From Archangiaceae bacterium (GTDB lineage: Bacteria; Myxococcota; Myxococcia; Myxococcales; Myxococcaceae), in contig JBEIIB010000006.1 in the NCBI GenBank assembly GCA_040381015.1, positions 1 through 64,000 on the forward strand: a stretch of DNA of 64,000 nucleotides, in the 5' to 3' direction. The notes under the pieces were generated by a model. It saw nothing but the letters and a program-made list of their open reading frames with translations. It was not told where the DNA came from and did no database searches. The translations under genes were made by a program, and so were the position numbers. Below are positions 26,742 through 36,870 of this stretch, in pieces. The first letter of the stretch is position 1. The number at the start of each line of letters is the position of its first letter.

Positions 26742-27571
26742 CGCGTCATCACCTGGACGATGGCGTCGAGGTTTCGCTGCAGCTCTGCTTCGAAGCGCGT
26801 TGGCGTGAAGTCGCCCGTCGCGACGTGGCTCACCACCACCACGCGCGCCCCGGCCTCTTCGAGCACCTTCGCCATCGCTGGTGGAAACGTCTCTTCCGAG
26901 AACACGACGCGCACCTGTCTGGCCTTCAGGCGCTGCACGACGTCGCCGAGCTCCGAGGCCGAGGGGAGCAGTCCATGCGCGGGCTCGACGACGCCGGCCA
27001 GCTCGAGGCCGAGCTCCTGGAGCAGGTAGGCGTAGCCGTCGTGCACCGTGACGACGCGTCGCTGCTTGACGGTCGAGAGCGCTGACACGGTGGCCGCCCG
27101 CATCGCCCGCAGCCGCCTCGCGAAGGCCGCGGCGTTTCGCTCGAGCGCCGGTCTCCACTCGGGTCGCAGCTGCGCCAGGGCTCTCGCCAACGTGTACGAC
27201 TGCAGCGCCCCGTTCCCCATCGACAGGAAAGTGTGCGAGTTGGGTGCGGTGCCGCCGTGAGTTAGCAACAGCGGCGTGCCTTCGTTCATCCTGATTCGGG
27301 TCAGCTTCTCGTTGCCGGCGGCGCGCACCATCTCGTCGAGGAAGGCGTCGTGGCCCAGGCCATTCTCCACCAGCACGTCGAGCGTCTTCAGCGTGGCGAC
27401 GTCTTGTGGCCGCGGCTGGTAGCTCCCGATGTCGACGTCGCCTGGCACCACCGCGACCAGCTCGACCGGCAGCCCCTCGGTCACCCGCGCCGCCCAAGAG
27501 TAATAGGGGTGGAGCGTCACGCCCAGCTTCAGCGGCGCCGCGGCCACGATGAGGCAGAGGAGCGCGCTCAT
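26738..27571 (-). CDS. metal ABC transporter periplasmic substrate-binding protein (TroA/ZnuA superfamily)
   Basis: Starts MSALLCLIVAAAPLKLG (signal). TroA-like fold motifs (..VVVSHVATGDFTPT.., ..HDGYAYLLQELGLE..). Confidence 0.8.
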   Translation of the reverse strand: MSALLCLIVAAAPLKLGVTLHPYYSWAARVTEGLPVELVAVVPGDVDIGSYQPRPQDVATLKTLDVLVENGLGHDAFLDEMVRAAGNEKLTRIRMNEGTPLLLTHGGTAPNSHTFLSMGNGALQSYTLARALAQLRPEWRPALERNAAAFARRLRAMRAATVSALSTVKQRRVVTVHDGYAYLLQELGLELAGVVEPAHGLLPSASELGDVVQRLKARQVRVVFSEETFPPAMAKVLEEAGARVVVVSHVATGDFTPTRFEAELQRNLDAIVQVMTR

Positions 27572-27815
27572 GGCCTCGAGCCCCCCGTGCCCCCGGGCTC
27601 CGGCAACGGCGCCCCGTCGACGCTCGCCCCGGGAATTCGACGGGACGCGGCGCACGCGAGCAGGCCAGACGAGAGAGCCGCGAGGTGGCGCATCGAGAAC
27701 GGCGTTATGCCGCAACTGCCCCGCGATGCCACCCCAGTGACAGGCGCGACACTGACGGACCGTCGCGAGGTCACCGTAGGAGACGCGCGGCGACCTTGGG
27801 GTACACTGTTGGCTC

Positions 27816-29471
27816 GTGACTGTTCTCGAGCCCGGCACCACATTTGCCGACAAGTACCTGATCGACGGAGTGCTCGGCAAAGGCGGCATGGGCGCGGTGT
27901 ATTCGGCGACCAACCAGTCCATCGGCCGGCGCGTCGCCATCAAGGTGCTCGTCGCGGACCTCGCCGATCGCGATGACATCAAGGCGCGCTTCTCGCTCGA
28001 GGCGCGCGCTGCGGCCGTCATCAACCACCCCGGCATCGTCGACGTCCTCGACATGGGTGAGACCGAAGACGGCGAGCCCTTCATCGTCATGGAGCACCTC
28101 GAGGGGGCGACGCTGAAGGCCGTCTTCAGGAAGCACGGCGTCTTCGCACCGGAGCAGGCGGTCGGCGTCCTGGTGCCCCTCCTCGACGCGCTCGCCGCCG
28201 CCCACCAGGCAAACGTCATTCATCGAGACATCAAGCCCGCGAACGTCTTCCTCTGCACGAAGCCGCAGCGACTGGTGAAGCTGCTCGACTTCGGCATCTC
28301 CCGTTTCGGGCAGAGCACCGGACTGACGCACTCGGGGACGGCCGTCGGCACGCCGAAGTACATGGCTCCGGAGCAGGTGCTCGGCGAGAAGACCATCGGG
28401 CCCTCGGCCGACCTCTACTCCGTCGGCGCACTGCTCTACGAGCTGCTCGGTGGCCGCGCGCCGTACGACGCCGACAGCGACATCGCGACGCTCGCCAAGC
28501 TCCTCAAGGAAGAGCACCAGCCGTTGATGCAACTTCGCCCCGACCTGCCCGCGCAGTTGTGTGACTTCGTCGATGCGCTGCTCGTCAAAGAGCCGGAGCG
28601 CCGCGCGAAGGACGCCGCGAAGGTGAAGGAATCACTCCTCGCCCTCGTGAAGGCGGGCGAGCTCTCCAGCCTGTTCGACATCGCGCAGGACGCAGCGGTG
28701 CGCAGTCAGTCAGGCGGGACACCTCGCCCTCCGACGGGGCCCGCGCGACTGCCTGCCACGTCTCCCGGCCGCCGGAACTCCGTCAACCGCATGCCCGCCG
28801 CTCAGGTGACGCTCGACGACGACGCGCCAGCGACCCGACCCTCTGCGAAGCGGGGCCCCGCCAGGACTCCGCGGACGCCGCCTCCCGTCGTCCTGAACCC
28901 GACGGCCCCGGCGCTCGAGCCGGTGGGAGACCCGCCGCGACGCTCGGGTGTCATGGCGGCCGCCGTCATCGTGACCGTCGGCCTCGTCGGCGGTGCGAGC
29001 CTCTTCCGCGTGCTCGGCAAGACGGGCCAGGCTCCAGCCGCGCCGGTGGTGGTCGAGACGCCCCCGAAGCCGTCGACGCCGCAGGACAGCGCGCCCGTGA
29101 AGACGCCCGCGAACGCCCTGGGGACTCCCATCGTGGTCACCCTGGCGGCTGACCCTGCGAGCGCGCGCTTCGAGGTCGACGGCGAGAAGCTCGACGGCAA
29201 CCCCGTCACGCTGACGCGCGAGCAGGGCAGCGAGGCGTCCATCGTCACCACTGCGCAGGGGTTCGAGCCGAGGTCCTTTCTCCTCGTCTTCACCGAGAGC
29301 CGCGAAGAACGCGTCACGTTGACCCTCGTCGCTGCCGTCGCACCGGCGACCGCGGACCCGGCTGATGGAAATCAGCCTCGGAACACCAGGAGCGGCACCC
29401 GGCAGCCGCCGCCGCCCATCGGCAAGAAGAGCGGCAAGCTGACCGTCGACGAGACGAACCCGTACGAGTGA
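27816..29471 (+). CDS. Ser/Thr protein kinase with Pro-rich linker, TM helix and extracytoplasmic C-terminal domain
   Basis: GKGGMGAVY..AIK (ATP site), HRDIKPANVF (catalytic loop), DFGIS, GTPKYMAPE. Hydrophobic segment VMAAAVIVTVGLVGG. Confidence 0.9.
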   Translation: MTVLEPGTTFADKYLIDGVLGKGGMGAVYSATNQSIGRRVAIKVLVADLADRDDIKARFSLEARAAAVINHPGIVDVLDMGETEDGEPFIVMEHLEGATLKAVFRKHGVFAPEQAVGVLVPLLDALAAAHQANVIHRDIKPANVFLCTKPQRLVKLLDFGISRFGQSTGLTHSGTAVGTPKYMAPEQVLGEKTIGPSADLYSVGALLYELLGGRAPYDADSDIATLAKLLKEEHQPLMQLRPDLPAQLCDFVDALLVKEPERRAKDAAKVKESLLALVKAGELSSLFDIAQDAAVRSQSGGTPRPPTGPARLPATSPGRRNSVNRMPAAQVTLDDDAPATRPSAKRGPARTPRTPPPVVLNPTAPALEPVGDPPRRSGVMAAAVIVTVGLVGGASLFRVLGKTGQAPAAPVVVETPPKPSTPQDSAPVKTPANALGTPIVVTLAADPASARFEVDGEKLDGNPVTLTREQGSEASIVTTAQGFEPRSFLLVFTESREERVTLTLVAAVAPATADPADGNQPRNTRSGTRQPPPPIGKKSGKLTVDETNPYE

Positions 29472-29498
29472 GCGAAGACTTCGGCTAGCCTCTCGCCC

Positions 29499-30662
29499 GT
29501 GCACTGGACCCGTTGGCTGCTCGCGCTGGCTCTGCTGTCGTCGCCGCTCGCATTCGCACAGGCCGCCGCTGCGAAGAAAGAGGCCGCGGCGAAGAAGAAC
29601 CAGGCCGCCGACCACTTCAAGAAGGGCGTCGCGCTGTTCAAGGAGGGTGACTTCGCCTCGGCGCTCGCCGAGTTCCGCGCTGCCTACCAGGCCGTGCCCA
29701 GCTTCGAGGTGCTCTACAATCTCGGCCTCACCGAACGTCGGCTCTTCAAGTACGGCCAGGCCGTGAAGACCCTCAACCGCTACCTCGACGAGGGCGGCAA
29801 GAAGGTACCGGCCGAGCGCCGCGAGAGCGTCGAGAGCGAGCTGTCGCAGATTCGCGCGCTCACCTCGAAGATCACCGTGACCGTCGAAGGCGCTCCGGCG
29901 AAGGTGTTCGTCGACGGCGAAGAGGTGGGGACCACGCCCCTCGCCGACCCGATTCTGTTGGGGCCCGGCAAGCACACCATTCGCGCGACGCGCGACGGCG
30001 AACCCGACTCCGAAGAGACCTTCGAGCTCGCGTCGGGGTCGACGAAGGACGTCACGCTCGCGCTCCGGTCGGAGGCCACGGGGCCCGTGGCGATCACCAT
30101 CGAGACCGACCCGCGCGACGCCGTGCTGATGCTCGATGGGAAGCTCGCCGGTCTCTCGCCCACGAAGGTCGAGCTGAAGCCGGGGTCTCACGAGCTCATC
30201 GCCGAGCTCGACGGCTTTCAATCCACGCGCACCGACGTGCTGGTCGAGGCCGGCAGGCCCCGCACCGTGAAGCTCAAGCTGGTGGCAGGAGGCGCCGCGA
30301 CCCCTGGTGGTGGGTCGCGAGGCCGTTTCCCGGTGGCTGGGCTCATTCTCTTCGGCGGCGGCGTGGTCGCTGGTGGCCTCGCGGTGCTCTTCGCGGTGCA
30401 GTCCACCAACGCGTCACGGCAGGTCTCCGAGTTCTACCGCATCGGCGGGCCGTGGGACCCGATGCGCGTCGCGGTGGAGCAGGGCGGCAAGCGCGACCAG
30501 ACCCTCGCTGGCGTCTTCATCGGCGTCTCGGTCGCGGCGATTGCAGGTGGCGTCATCGCGACCCTCGTCAGCCTCGCGAGCCCCACCGAGGAGCCCGAGG
30601 CGCACCTCTTCATCTTTCCATCCTCCAACGGAGCGCTCGCGACATGGTCAACCCGCTTCTGA
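29499..30662 (+). CDS. secreted TPR-like / tandem PEGA-domain protein with C-terminal TM
   Basis: Signal peptide MHWTRWLLALALLSSPLAFA. TPR-like N-terminus. Two PEGA-like units (..VTVEGAPAKVFVDGEEVGTTPL..GPGKHTIRATRDG..; ..ITIETDPRDAVLMLDGKLAGLSPTKVELKPGSHELIAELDGF). Confidence 0.7.
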   Translation: MHWTRWLLALALLSSPLAFAQAAAAKKEAAAKKNQAADHFKKGVALFKEGDFASALAEFRAAYQAVPSFEVLYNLGLTERRLFKYGQAVKTLNRYLDEGGKKVPAERRESVESELSQIRALTSKITVTVEGAPAKVFVDGEEVGTTPLADPILLGPGKHTIRATRDGEPDSEETFELASGSTKDVTLALRSEATGPVAITIETDPRDAVLMLDGKLAGLSPTKVELKPGSHELIAELDGFQSTRTDVLVEAGRPRTVKLKLVAGGAATPGGGSRGRFPVAGLILFGGGVVAGGLAVLFAVQSTNASRQVSEFYRIGGPWDPMRVAVEQGGKRDQTLAGVFIGVSVAAIAGGVIATLVSLASPTEEPEAHLFIFPSSNGALATWSTRF

Positions 30663-32224
30663 AGCGAGCGCACGCGTTGGCGTTCGGCGCCGCGCTGGTG
30701 CTCGGCACGGCCGCGGGGTGCTCGTTCTATTCGCCCACCGTCGTGGACTGCGCCATCACGTGTGGTGAGAGCGGCCCCTGCCCCGGAGGGACGAAGTGTC
30801 GCGATGGGTTCTGCCGCCTCGAGTCGTCGATGGGCGACTGTGCCTGTCAGTTGGGCGACACGCGCGAGTGCGGAGGTGGCCGCGGCGAGTGCAAGAAGGG
30901 CACTGAGGTCTGCACCTCTGGGCGCGTGTGGAGCGGCGTCTGTGTTGGCGAGGGCCGCCCGTCGGTCGAGGTGTGCAACAACAGGGACGACGACTGCGAT
31001 GGGCTGGTCGACGATGAGGTGACGGACCCTCAAGCGTGCTCGCTGACCCTGGGCGTCTGCGCAGGGAAGAAGAACCGCTGCGAGTCTGGAGCGCAGCTGG
31101 TGTGTGAGGTCTCCGACTACGGGTCTGCCTATCAAGTGGCCGAGGCGCGCTGCGATTCGCTCGACAACGACTGCGACGGCTTCACCGACATCCGCGCGCT
31201 GTCGGTGCTGACCAACGAAGCCTCGCCGACGGCTCCGTTCCGGCTGCTCGCGATGCCGCAGGGCTTCGCGCTGGTCTACGAGCGGCGGCCCGCTGCTGGA
31301 ATGCCCGAGCTCATCGTCGCTCGTTACGACGAGGCCATCGTCTTTCAACGCAGCCACGTCGTGGCGCGGCCGGCCCCGGCGCAGTTCTGGGCGCGCTCGC
31401 TCGGTCAGTCCGTCTTCGTGGCGACGACGAGCGGAGGCGGCGTCGGGCTGACGCGGGTGAACACGCTGCTGGCCGGCGACTCGGGCCTCGAGGGCTTCGA
31501 GCCGCTGGTCGACGCGGGCTTCTCGAGGGGGCTGCGCCTCGGCGTGGGCGAGCAGGCGGTCGGCACGTTCCTCGCGGAAGAAGACCTGGTGGCCCGCATG
31601 CTCATCTGGCAACTCGACGGCGGGCTCTCGCAGGTGCGCGACGTGAACTCCGGGCCCGGCGTTCCAGCGATCGTGAACCTCAACTCCGTCAACGTGAGCG
31701 ACCGTGGGCACTTCGTCATCTACAGCGCTGACGAGGACGCGGATGACGGTGGTGTGCGGCAGCTCACCCGGCTGGACGACGGCCGCGTCTGGGCCCCGCC
31801 GTATGCCGGCGATCTCGATGCCGAGCTCCACGAGTGGGATGCAGGCGTGTCGTCGACCTACGCCTACTCCGACACCAGCACGTCGTTGTCTGGGGTGTAC
31901 TTCCTCCCCGACCTGACGAGGGGGCTCACAGAAGTGGCGGCGGCAGGGTCCTTCCTTTCGCAGCAGTGGGGCGCGGCGGCGTCGTTCCGAACGCCAGCAG
32001 GCGACCTGACCCTGGCGATGCAGGAGCGTGTACCCGGTGGTGGGCAGCAGATCGTGTTGGGTACGTCGGTTCCGGTCGGTGACACCTTCGGCTTCCGGCT
32101 TCGCAACCTCGATGGCGGAGCGGGTGTGCCGGCGGTGGTGGCCTCGTCGGTGGAGCAGGGGTGGCTGTTCGTCGGCTGGCGCGACATGACCTCGATTCGG
32201 GTGCGGAAGGTCTGCGCTCCCTGA
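30644..32224 (+). CDS. lipoprotein with myxobacterial cysteine-rich repeats
   Basis: MVNPLLKRAHALAFGAALVLGTAAGC (lipobox). Repeated C..G.C / DDCDG patterns (CNNRDDDCDGLVDDE; CDSLDNDCDGFTD). The ORF is open from 30452; start taken at ATG 30644. Confidence 0.65.
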   Translation: MVNPLLKRAHALAFGAALVLGTAAGCSFYSPTVVDCAITCGESGPCPGGTKCRDGFCRLESSMGDCACQLGDTRECGGGRGECKKGTEVCTSGRVWSGVCVGEGRPSVEVCNNRDDDCDGLVDDEVTDPQACSLTLGVCAGKKNRCESGAQLVCEVSDYGSAYQVAEARCDSLDNDCDGFTDIRALSVLTNEASPTAPFRLLAMPQGFALVYERRPAAGMPELIVARYDEAIVFQRSHVVARPAPAQFWARSLGQSVFVATTSGGGVGLTRVNTLLAGDSGLEGFEPLVDAGFSRGLRLGVGEQAVGTFLAEEDLVARMLIWQLDGGLSQVRDVNSGPGVPAIVNLNSVNVSDRGHFVIYSADEDADDGGVRQLTRLDDGRVWAPPYAGDLDAELHEWDAGVSSTYAYSDTSTSLSGVYFLPDLTRGLTEVAAAGSFLSQQWGAAASFRTPAGDLTLAMQERVPGGGQQIVLGTSVPVGDTFGFRLRNLDGGAGVPAVVASSVEQGWLFVGWRDMTSIRVRKVCAP

Positions 32225-32259
32225 AGGTCGTGAACGGCTGGGCTCGGAGTGACGCCGAC

Positions 32260-33030
32260 TCAGGGGTCGTCGATGAACTCAGCCACTTCTGCCGCGAGGC
32301 GAGCGCGATCGGCGTCGTGGGGCAGAATGTGGAAGCCACGCTGGAGCACCAGGAAGCGGGAGCCCGGCATGTCGGCATGCAGCGCCTCGATGCTCTGGAA
32401 CTGCACGACATGGTCCTGCACGGCCGCCGCGATGAGCGTCGGAGCAGTCACTCGCGGCGCTGCTCGCCGCGCCAACCGCTGCAGCTCGAATAAGTCGAGG
32501 AGCCTGCCAAGCGGGTACCTCGGCAGCACCGGTGATTGCGCGCGCGCCGCCTCGTCTTCGAGGTCGGTCGTCTTCTTCTCGAGCCATCGCGCGGCGAAGC
32601 CCTGCACGACGCCCGGGCCCAGCCGCTCGAGCAGCCGGCCAGCGCGCTGCCGAACCCGCATCACCGGCGCCAGCAACACCAGCTTCGACGCCCGCGCGCC
32701 GTGTCGCTCGGCCACCAACAGCCCCAGCAACCCGCCCATCGAAAGGCCCGCGATGCAAACCCGAGGGAAGCGGGCGAGTGAGTCGAAGGCGTCCTCTGCA
32801 GCGGCCAGCCAGTCCCGCCACGTGACCCAGAGCATGTCTTCGGGAACGGTGCCGTGGCCCGGGAGTCGGGGGGCGCGAACGAAGAAGCCGCGGGCGGCGA
32901 GCGACTCCGCCAGCGGGCGGACCTCCCACGGGCTCCCCGTGAAGCCATGGAGCAGCAGCACCGCGGTCGTCGCGTCAGATGGGCCGAGGTCGAACGATGA
33001 CGTGCGAGCGGGGTCGAGAGGGAAGGACAC
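32260..33030 (-). CDS. alpha/beta hydrolase (carboxylesterase/thioesterase family)
   Basis: HGFTGSPWE, nucleophile elbow GLSMGG, His-containing C-terminus. 256 aa. Confidence 0.85.
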   Translation of the reverse strand: MSFPLDPARTSSFDLGPSDATTAVLLLHGFTGSPWEVRPLAESLAARGFFVRAPRLPGHGTVPEDMLWVTWRDWLAAAEDAFDSLARFPRVCIAGLSMGGLLGLLVAERHGARASKLVLLAPVMRVRQRAGRLLERLGPGVVQGFAARWLEKKTTDLEDEAARAQSPVLPRYPLGRLLDLFELQRLARRAAPRVTAPTLIAAAVQDHVVQFQSIEALHADMPGSRFLVLQRGFHILPHDADRARLAAEVAEFIDDP

Positions 33031-33128
33031 GGCGGGCGAGCCGATGGTGACAGGCCCTCGTGCCAGCGCAACACGTTTGCGTTGCGAGTGTTCACCTCGT
33101 GCGGTCGCCGGGGTAGACCGTCGGCATC

Positions 33129-33419
33129 ATGAGTGAAACGCCGAAGCCGCCCGAGATTCAGCTTCAAATCCAGCTCGACGACGACGTGGCCAACGGCCGC
33201 TATGCGAACATGGCGCTCGTCAACCACACCGAGACCGAGTTCACGCTCGACTTCATCTACGTGCAGCCGCAGCAGCCTCGCGCCAAGGTGCTCTCGCGCA
33301 TCATCACCAACCCCAAGCACATGAAGCGCCTGTTGATGGCGATTCAAGAGAACCTCGCCAAGTACGAGTCGAAGTTCGGGCCGGTGGAGATCATCGACCC
33401 CGGCACTCCCGTTCACTGA
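33129..33419 (+). CDS. small conserved protein of DUF3467 type
   Basis: 96 aa, MSETPKPPEIQLQIQLDDDVANGRYANMALVNHTETEFTLDFIYVQP. Pattern recalled as DUF3467. Confidence 0.6.
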   Translation: MSETPKPPEIQLQIQLDDDVANGRYANMALVNHTETEFTLDFIYVQPQQPRAKVLSRIITNPKHMKRLLMAIQENLAKYESKFGPVEIIDPGTPVH

Positions 33420-33430
33420 TGAGGGCGTGA

Positions 33431-34261
33431 ATGGTGGTGATCGCCGGCGCGTCGCAGCGGTTGATGCGGTCGATGAGGTCTGGAGGACTGTGGTGTGCGC
33501 TCGTCCTGGTGATGGCGGCGGCTGGTGCGCAGGCGGCCTGTGAAGACGGAATTCGACTGTTCCCCGCGCCCGGCGCGACGGTGCCGACCAACGTGCAGTT
33601 CGTGCTCGAAGGCGTGTTGGCCGAGCAGGAGCGCGTGTCGAAGCTCGTCGGCTCGTCCGAGCTTGCGCTGCTGGGCGGTGGAGACCCGGTCGGCGTGACG
33701 GTCGAGAAGGGCTGGTCGTCGACGATGAATCGGGTCGCGGTGAAGCTGAAGCCGACGCGGCCGCTGCAGCCCAACACCGAGTACACGCTCACCATCGGCC
33801 GTGCCTTGCCCCTGGTGAAGCTGCTCAACGATACCTGGGGTGACAACACCGCTCGGTGGCACACGGGGCCCTCGGCCGACACCGTGGCGCCGAAGTTCCT
33901 CACCAAGCCAGCCGTGTCAGAGGGGTTCTACCAGCGCACCCGCGATGGGCTGACCCGCACCTTGAAGCTGCGCACGCAGGTCAACGACATCGGCGCGTCC
34001 TACCTGTTGCTGACGATGGTGCGCGCCCGTGGCGTGGCCGCGAAGCAGCAATACGCGGTGCCAATCGACGGCGAGGGCGTGGTGGTCGGACACGACGTCT
34101 GCTCGGGCAGCTTCGGGTTCGACGACGGGCGCGCGTATCGCCTGGCGGTCGAGTTGTTCGACGCCGCTGGGAATGCCGCGTCGAAGCCCTTCAACCTCGA
34201 GCTGTCGGCGCCGCGGCCGACAGGACCTGCGCCTGAGCTGGAGAAGCAAGAGGGCCGCTGA
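33431..34261 (+). CDS. secreted hypothetical protein
   Basis: Signal-like LWCALVLVMAAAGAQA. Beta-rich composition. No motif recognised. Confidence 0.5.
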   Translation: MVVIAGASQRLMRSMRSGGLWCALVLVMAAAGAQAACEDGIRLFPAPGATVPTNVQFVLEGVLAEQERVSKLVGSSELALLGGGDPVGVTVEKGWSSTMNRVAVKLKPTRPLQPNTEYTLTIGRALPLVKLLNDTWGDNTARWHTGPSADTVAPKFLTKPAVSEGFYQRTRDGLTRTLKLRTQVNDIGASYLLLTMVRARGVAAKQQYAVPIDGEGVVVGHDVCSGSFGFDDGRAYRLAVELFDAAGNAASKPFNLELSAPRPTGPAPELEKQEGR

Positions 34262-34643
34262 GTCAGCTCAGCGCGTTCCACCATCGGGAACCGAGGGCCA
34301 GGCGATGAGACTGGCGTCGAGCGCGGTCGGTCGGAGCTCTTTCACGCGCGAGCCGACCTTGCGGGTTGGCCCGTTCCAGCACAGCTGGGTCCGCTCCAGC
34401 GGTACGCCAGGCAGCTCGTTGAGGACGCGAAGAAGGGTGAGGAGGTGCGTGTGCAGTCGAGGCAACAGGTGCCCGGGCGAGTGCACGGAGGCGTTGGTGC
34501 TCCGGCGGTCCAGAAACGCCAAGGCGCCTGACACGCGCACCCAGTGTCTGGGGTGAAACCACCTGAAATGGCTGGTGTTTTCGTCGCTCTCTCAGAAGTT
34601 GGCAAGGCGCTCGCATCGCAGTCCCGGCGAAGGGGAACTCACC

Positions 34644-35057
34644 GTGCGCGCTCTGCTCCTCACACTCGTCGTCGTGCTCTCGGCCGCATGCTCGGGGGAG
34701 TACTCCGCGACGCCCGAGGAGCTCGCCCGCTACGAGTTCTTCGCCGAAGTGAAGGTCAACCCGACGGCGCCGGTCGCCGGCCGCATGGTGAACCTGAACC
34801 TCGAGCTGTCGAGCCGCTCCAACCAGCTGGTGGTCGTCGACGTGATTCTCCGCGCGGTGCGCGCTGACGGCAGCGTGATGAGCGAGCAGGTGTGGCCGCG
34901 GGTGACGTTCCACCCTGAAGAAGTGTGGAACCTGACGCAGGGTTTCCTGTCGCGCACCGACGAGCGCGGCACCTTCGACGTCGTCATCGAGACCCGCGAG
35001 TCGGCGTCGGGCAAGGTGCGCTGGACCGGGCCCGGCCCGACCTACGCGTTCCGTTAA
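34644..35057 (+). CDS. small hypothetical lipoprotein
   Basis: GTG 34644 (VRALLLTLVVVLSAACSG, lipobox LSAAC) preceded by AAGGGGA 8 nt upstream. The ORF is open from 34575. Confidence 0.5.
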   Translation: MRALLLTLVVVLSAACSGEYSATPEELARYEFFAEVKVNPTAPVAGRMVNLNLELSSRSNQLVVVDVILRAVRADGSVMSEQVWPRVTFHPEEVWNLTQGFLSRTDERGTFDVVIETRESASGKVRWTGPGPTYAFR

Positions 35058-36676
35058 GGCAGCGCGTAGTCCTTGAACCGCTCGCGCAGCTGACGCTTCA
35101 GCACCTTCCCGGTCGGCCCCAGCGGCAGCGAGTCGATGAACTCGATCGCGTCGGGCAGCCACCACTTCACCAGCTTCGTCTCGAGAAACGCCTGGAGCTC
35201 GGCCTTCGAGACGTCCTTGTCCTTGTGTTTCACCACGACGAGGAGCGGGCGTTCGACCCAGCGGGGGTGGGGAACGCCGACGGCCGCGGCTTGCGCGATG
35301 GCGGGGTGCAGGGTGGCGGCGTGCTCGACGTCGATGGAGCTGATCCACTCTCCGCCCGACTTGATGACGTCTTTGCTGCGGTCGGTGATCTGCATGTACC
35401 CCTCGCCGTCGATGGTGGCGATGTCACCGGTGGCGAACCAGTCTCCGTCGTGGTGCGAGCGGTCGTCGGAGTGGAAGTACGCGCTCGCCACCCAGCCGCC
35501 CTTCGCCTGCAGGTGGCCTGACGTCTTGCCGTCGTGAGGCACGATCTTCCCGTCGTCATCGACGAGGCGCAGATCGACGCCGAAGATGGGCCGACCCTGC
35601 TTGAGCTGAATGGCGAGGCGCTGCTCCTTCGAGAGGGCCTGGTGCGTGGGGAGCAGCACGCACGCCGTGCCGAGCGGCGACAGCTCGGTCATGCCCCAGG
35701 CGTGCAGCACCCGCGCGCCGTGCTCTTCCTGGAAGGCGGTGATCATCGAGGGCGGGCAGGCCGAGCCGCCGATGGTGACCTTGGTGAGCGTCGCCATTCT
35801 GACCTGCTTGGTCTTCGCGGCGGCCAGCAGCCCGAGCCACACGGTCGGAACGCCGAGCGCGCTGGTCACACGTTCGGCCTGAATGAGCTCGAGCAGGCTC
35901 ACGCCGTCGAGCGCGGGCCCCGGCAGCACCAGCTTCGAGCCCACCATCGCCGCGGCGTAGGGCACGCCCCATGCGTTGACGTGGAACATCGGCACGACGG
36001 GAAGGGTGACGTCCTGCGCCGAGATGGCGAGCGCGTCGGCCATGCAGATGGCGTAGCTGTGCAGCACGGTGCTGCGGTGCGAGTAGAGGACGCCCTTGGG
36101 CATCCCGACCGTGCCCGACGTGTAGCAGAGCGAGCTGGCCGTGTTCTCGTCGAGGACTGGCCACGAGAAGGTCGTCGGCTGGCCCGGGAGCAGCGACTCG
36201 TACGCGCGCAGGCCTGTGATGCCGGTGTCTTTCGGCAGGTGCGCTTCGTCGGTCAGCGCGACGAACTGCTTGATGGGCGTGGGCACCGACGCGAGGTGCT
36301 TCGCGAGCGGCGCGAAGGTCGTGTCGAAGCACAGCATCACGTCGCCTGCGTCGTTGGCGATGTACGCGAGCTGGTCGGGGGGCAGCCGCGGGTTGATCGT
36401 ATGGAGCACCGCGCCCATGCCCGACACTGCGAAGTAGAGCTCGAGGTGGCGTTGGGTGTTCCACGCGAGGGTGGCCACGACGTCACCGGGCTTGATGCCT
36501 GCGGCCGTCAACGCGTTCGCGAGCTGGCGGACCCGATCGGCGAGGCCACTCCAGGTGGTGCGAACGATCGGCCCTTCGACGGTGCGGGTGACGATCTCGA
36601 CCGAGCGGTGAAAGCGCGCGGCGAACTCGAGCTGCGACGAGATGAGCAGGGGCTGCGTCATCATGAGGCCGTTCAT
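35054..36676 (-). CDS. long-chain fatty-acid--CoA ligase (AMP-dependent synthetase/ligase)
   Basis: AMP-binding signature YTSGTVGMPKGV. Gate motifs ..GWFATGDIA.., ..VIKSGGEWISS... 540 aa. Confidence 0.9.
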   Translation of the reverse strand: MNGLMMTQPLLISSQLEFAARFHRSVEIVTRTVEGPIVRTTWSGLADRVRQLANALTAAGIKPGDVVATLAWNTQRHLELYFAVSGMGAVLHTINPRLPPDQLAYIANDAGDVMLCFDTTFAPLAKHLASVPTPIKQFVALTDEAHLPKDTGITGLRAYESLLPGQPTTFSWPVLDENTASSLCYTSGTVGMPKGVLYSHRSTVLHSYAICMADALAISAQDVTLPVVPMFHVNAWGVPYAAAMVGSKLVLPGPALDGVSLLELIQAERVTSALGVPTVWLGLLAAAKTKQVRMATLTKVTIGGSACPPSMITAFQEEHGARVLHAWGMTELSPLGTACVLLPTHQALSKEQRLAIQLKQGRPIFGVDLRLVDDDGKIVPHDGKTSGHLQAKGGWVASAYFHSDDRSHHDGDWFATGDIATIDGEGYMQITDRSKDVIKSGGEWISSIDVEHAATLHPAIAQAAAVGVPHPRWVERPLLVVVKHKDKDVSKAELQAFLETKLVKWWLPDAIEFIDSLPLGPTGKVLKRQLRERFKDYALP

Positions 36677-36870
36677 CGGGGCTCCTGGGCGAAAGGAACC
36701 CCCGATGTACCCCGGGCCCTCGACCGCGGGGGACGGTTTGAGGTGACGCGCCGCACCAGCGGCAGGAGGCGCTCGACGATGGTCGCGCCTGGCGCGGATT
36801 CCGCCCCGATGGTGACGGTGAACGCGCAGCGCATGGGGGAGGCACGCGCAGGCCGTTCGTCCCGCAGGTC

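Noticed and set aside
26742-27497. Upstream extension of the znuC-like ORF (456-aa version)
   Set aside because: Arg/Gly-rich with no motifs. It overlaps the genuine TroA-like binding-protein gene in another frame.
28710-30221. 503-aa minus ORF opposite the kinase / TPR-PEGA genes
   Set aside because: Antisense composition (R, G, E, L runs). The plus-strand genes have kinase and PEGA motifs.
34268-34540. 90-aa minus ORF in the 34262..34643 intergenic region
   Set aside because: No start context, mixed codon bias, no motif. It is more likely non-coding promoter region for the 34644 lipoprotein gene.
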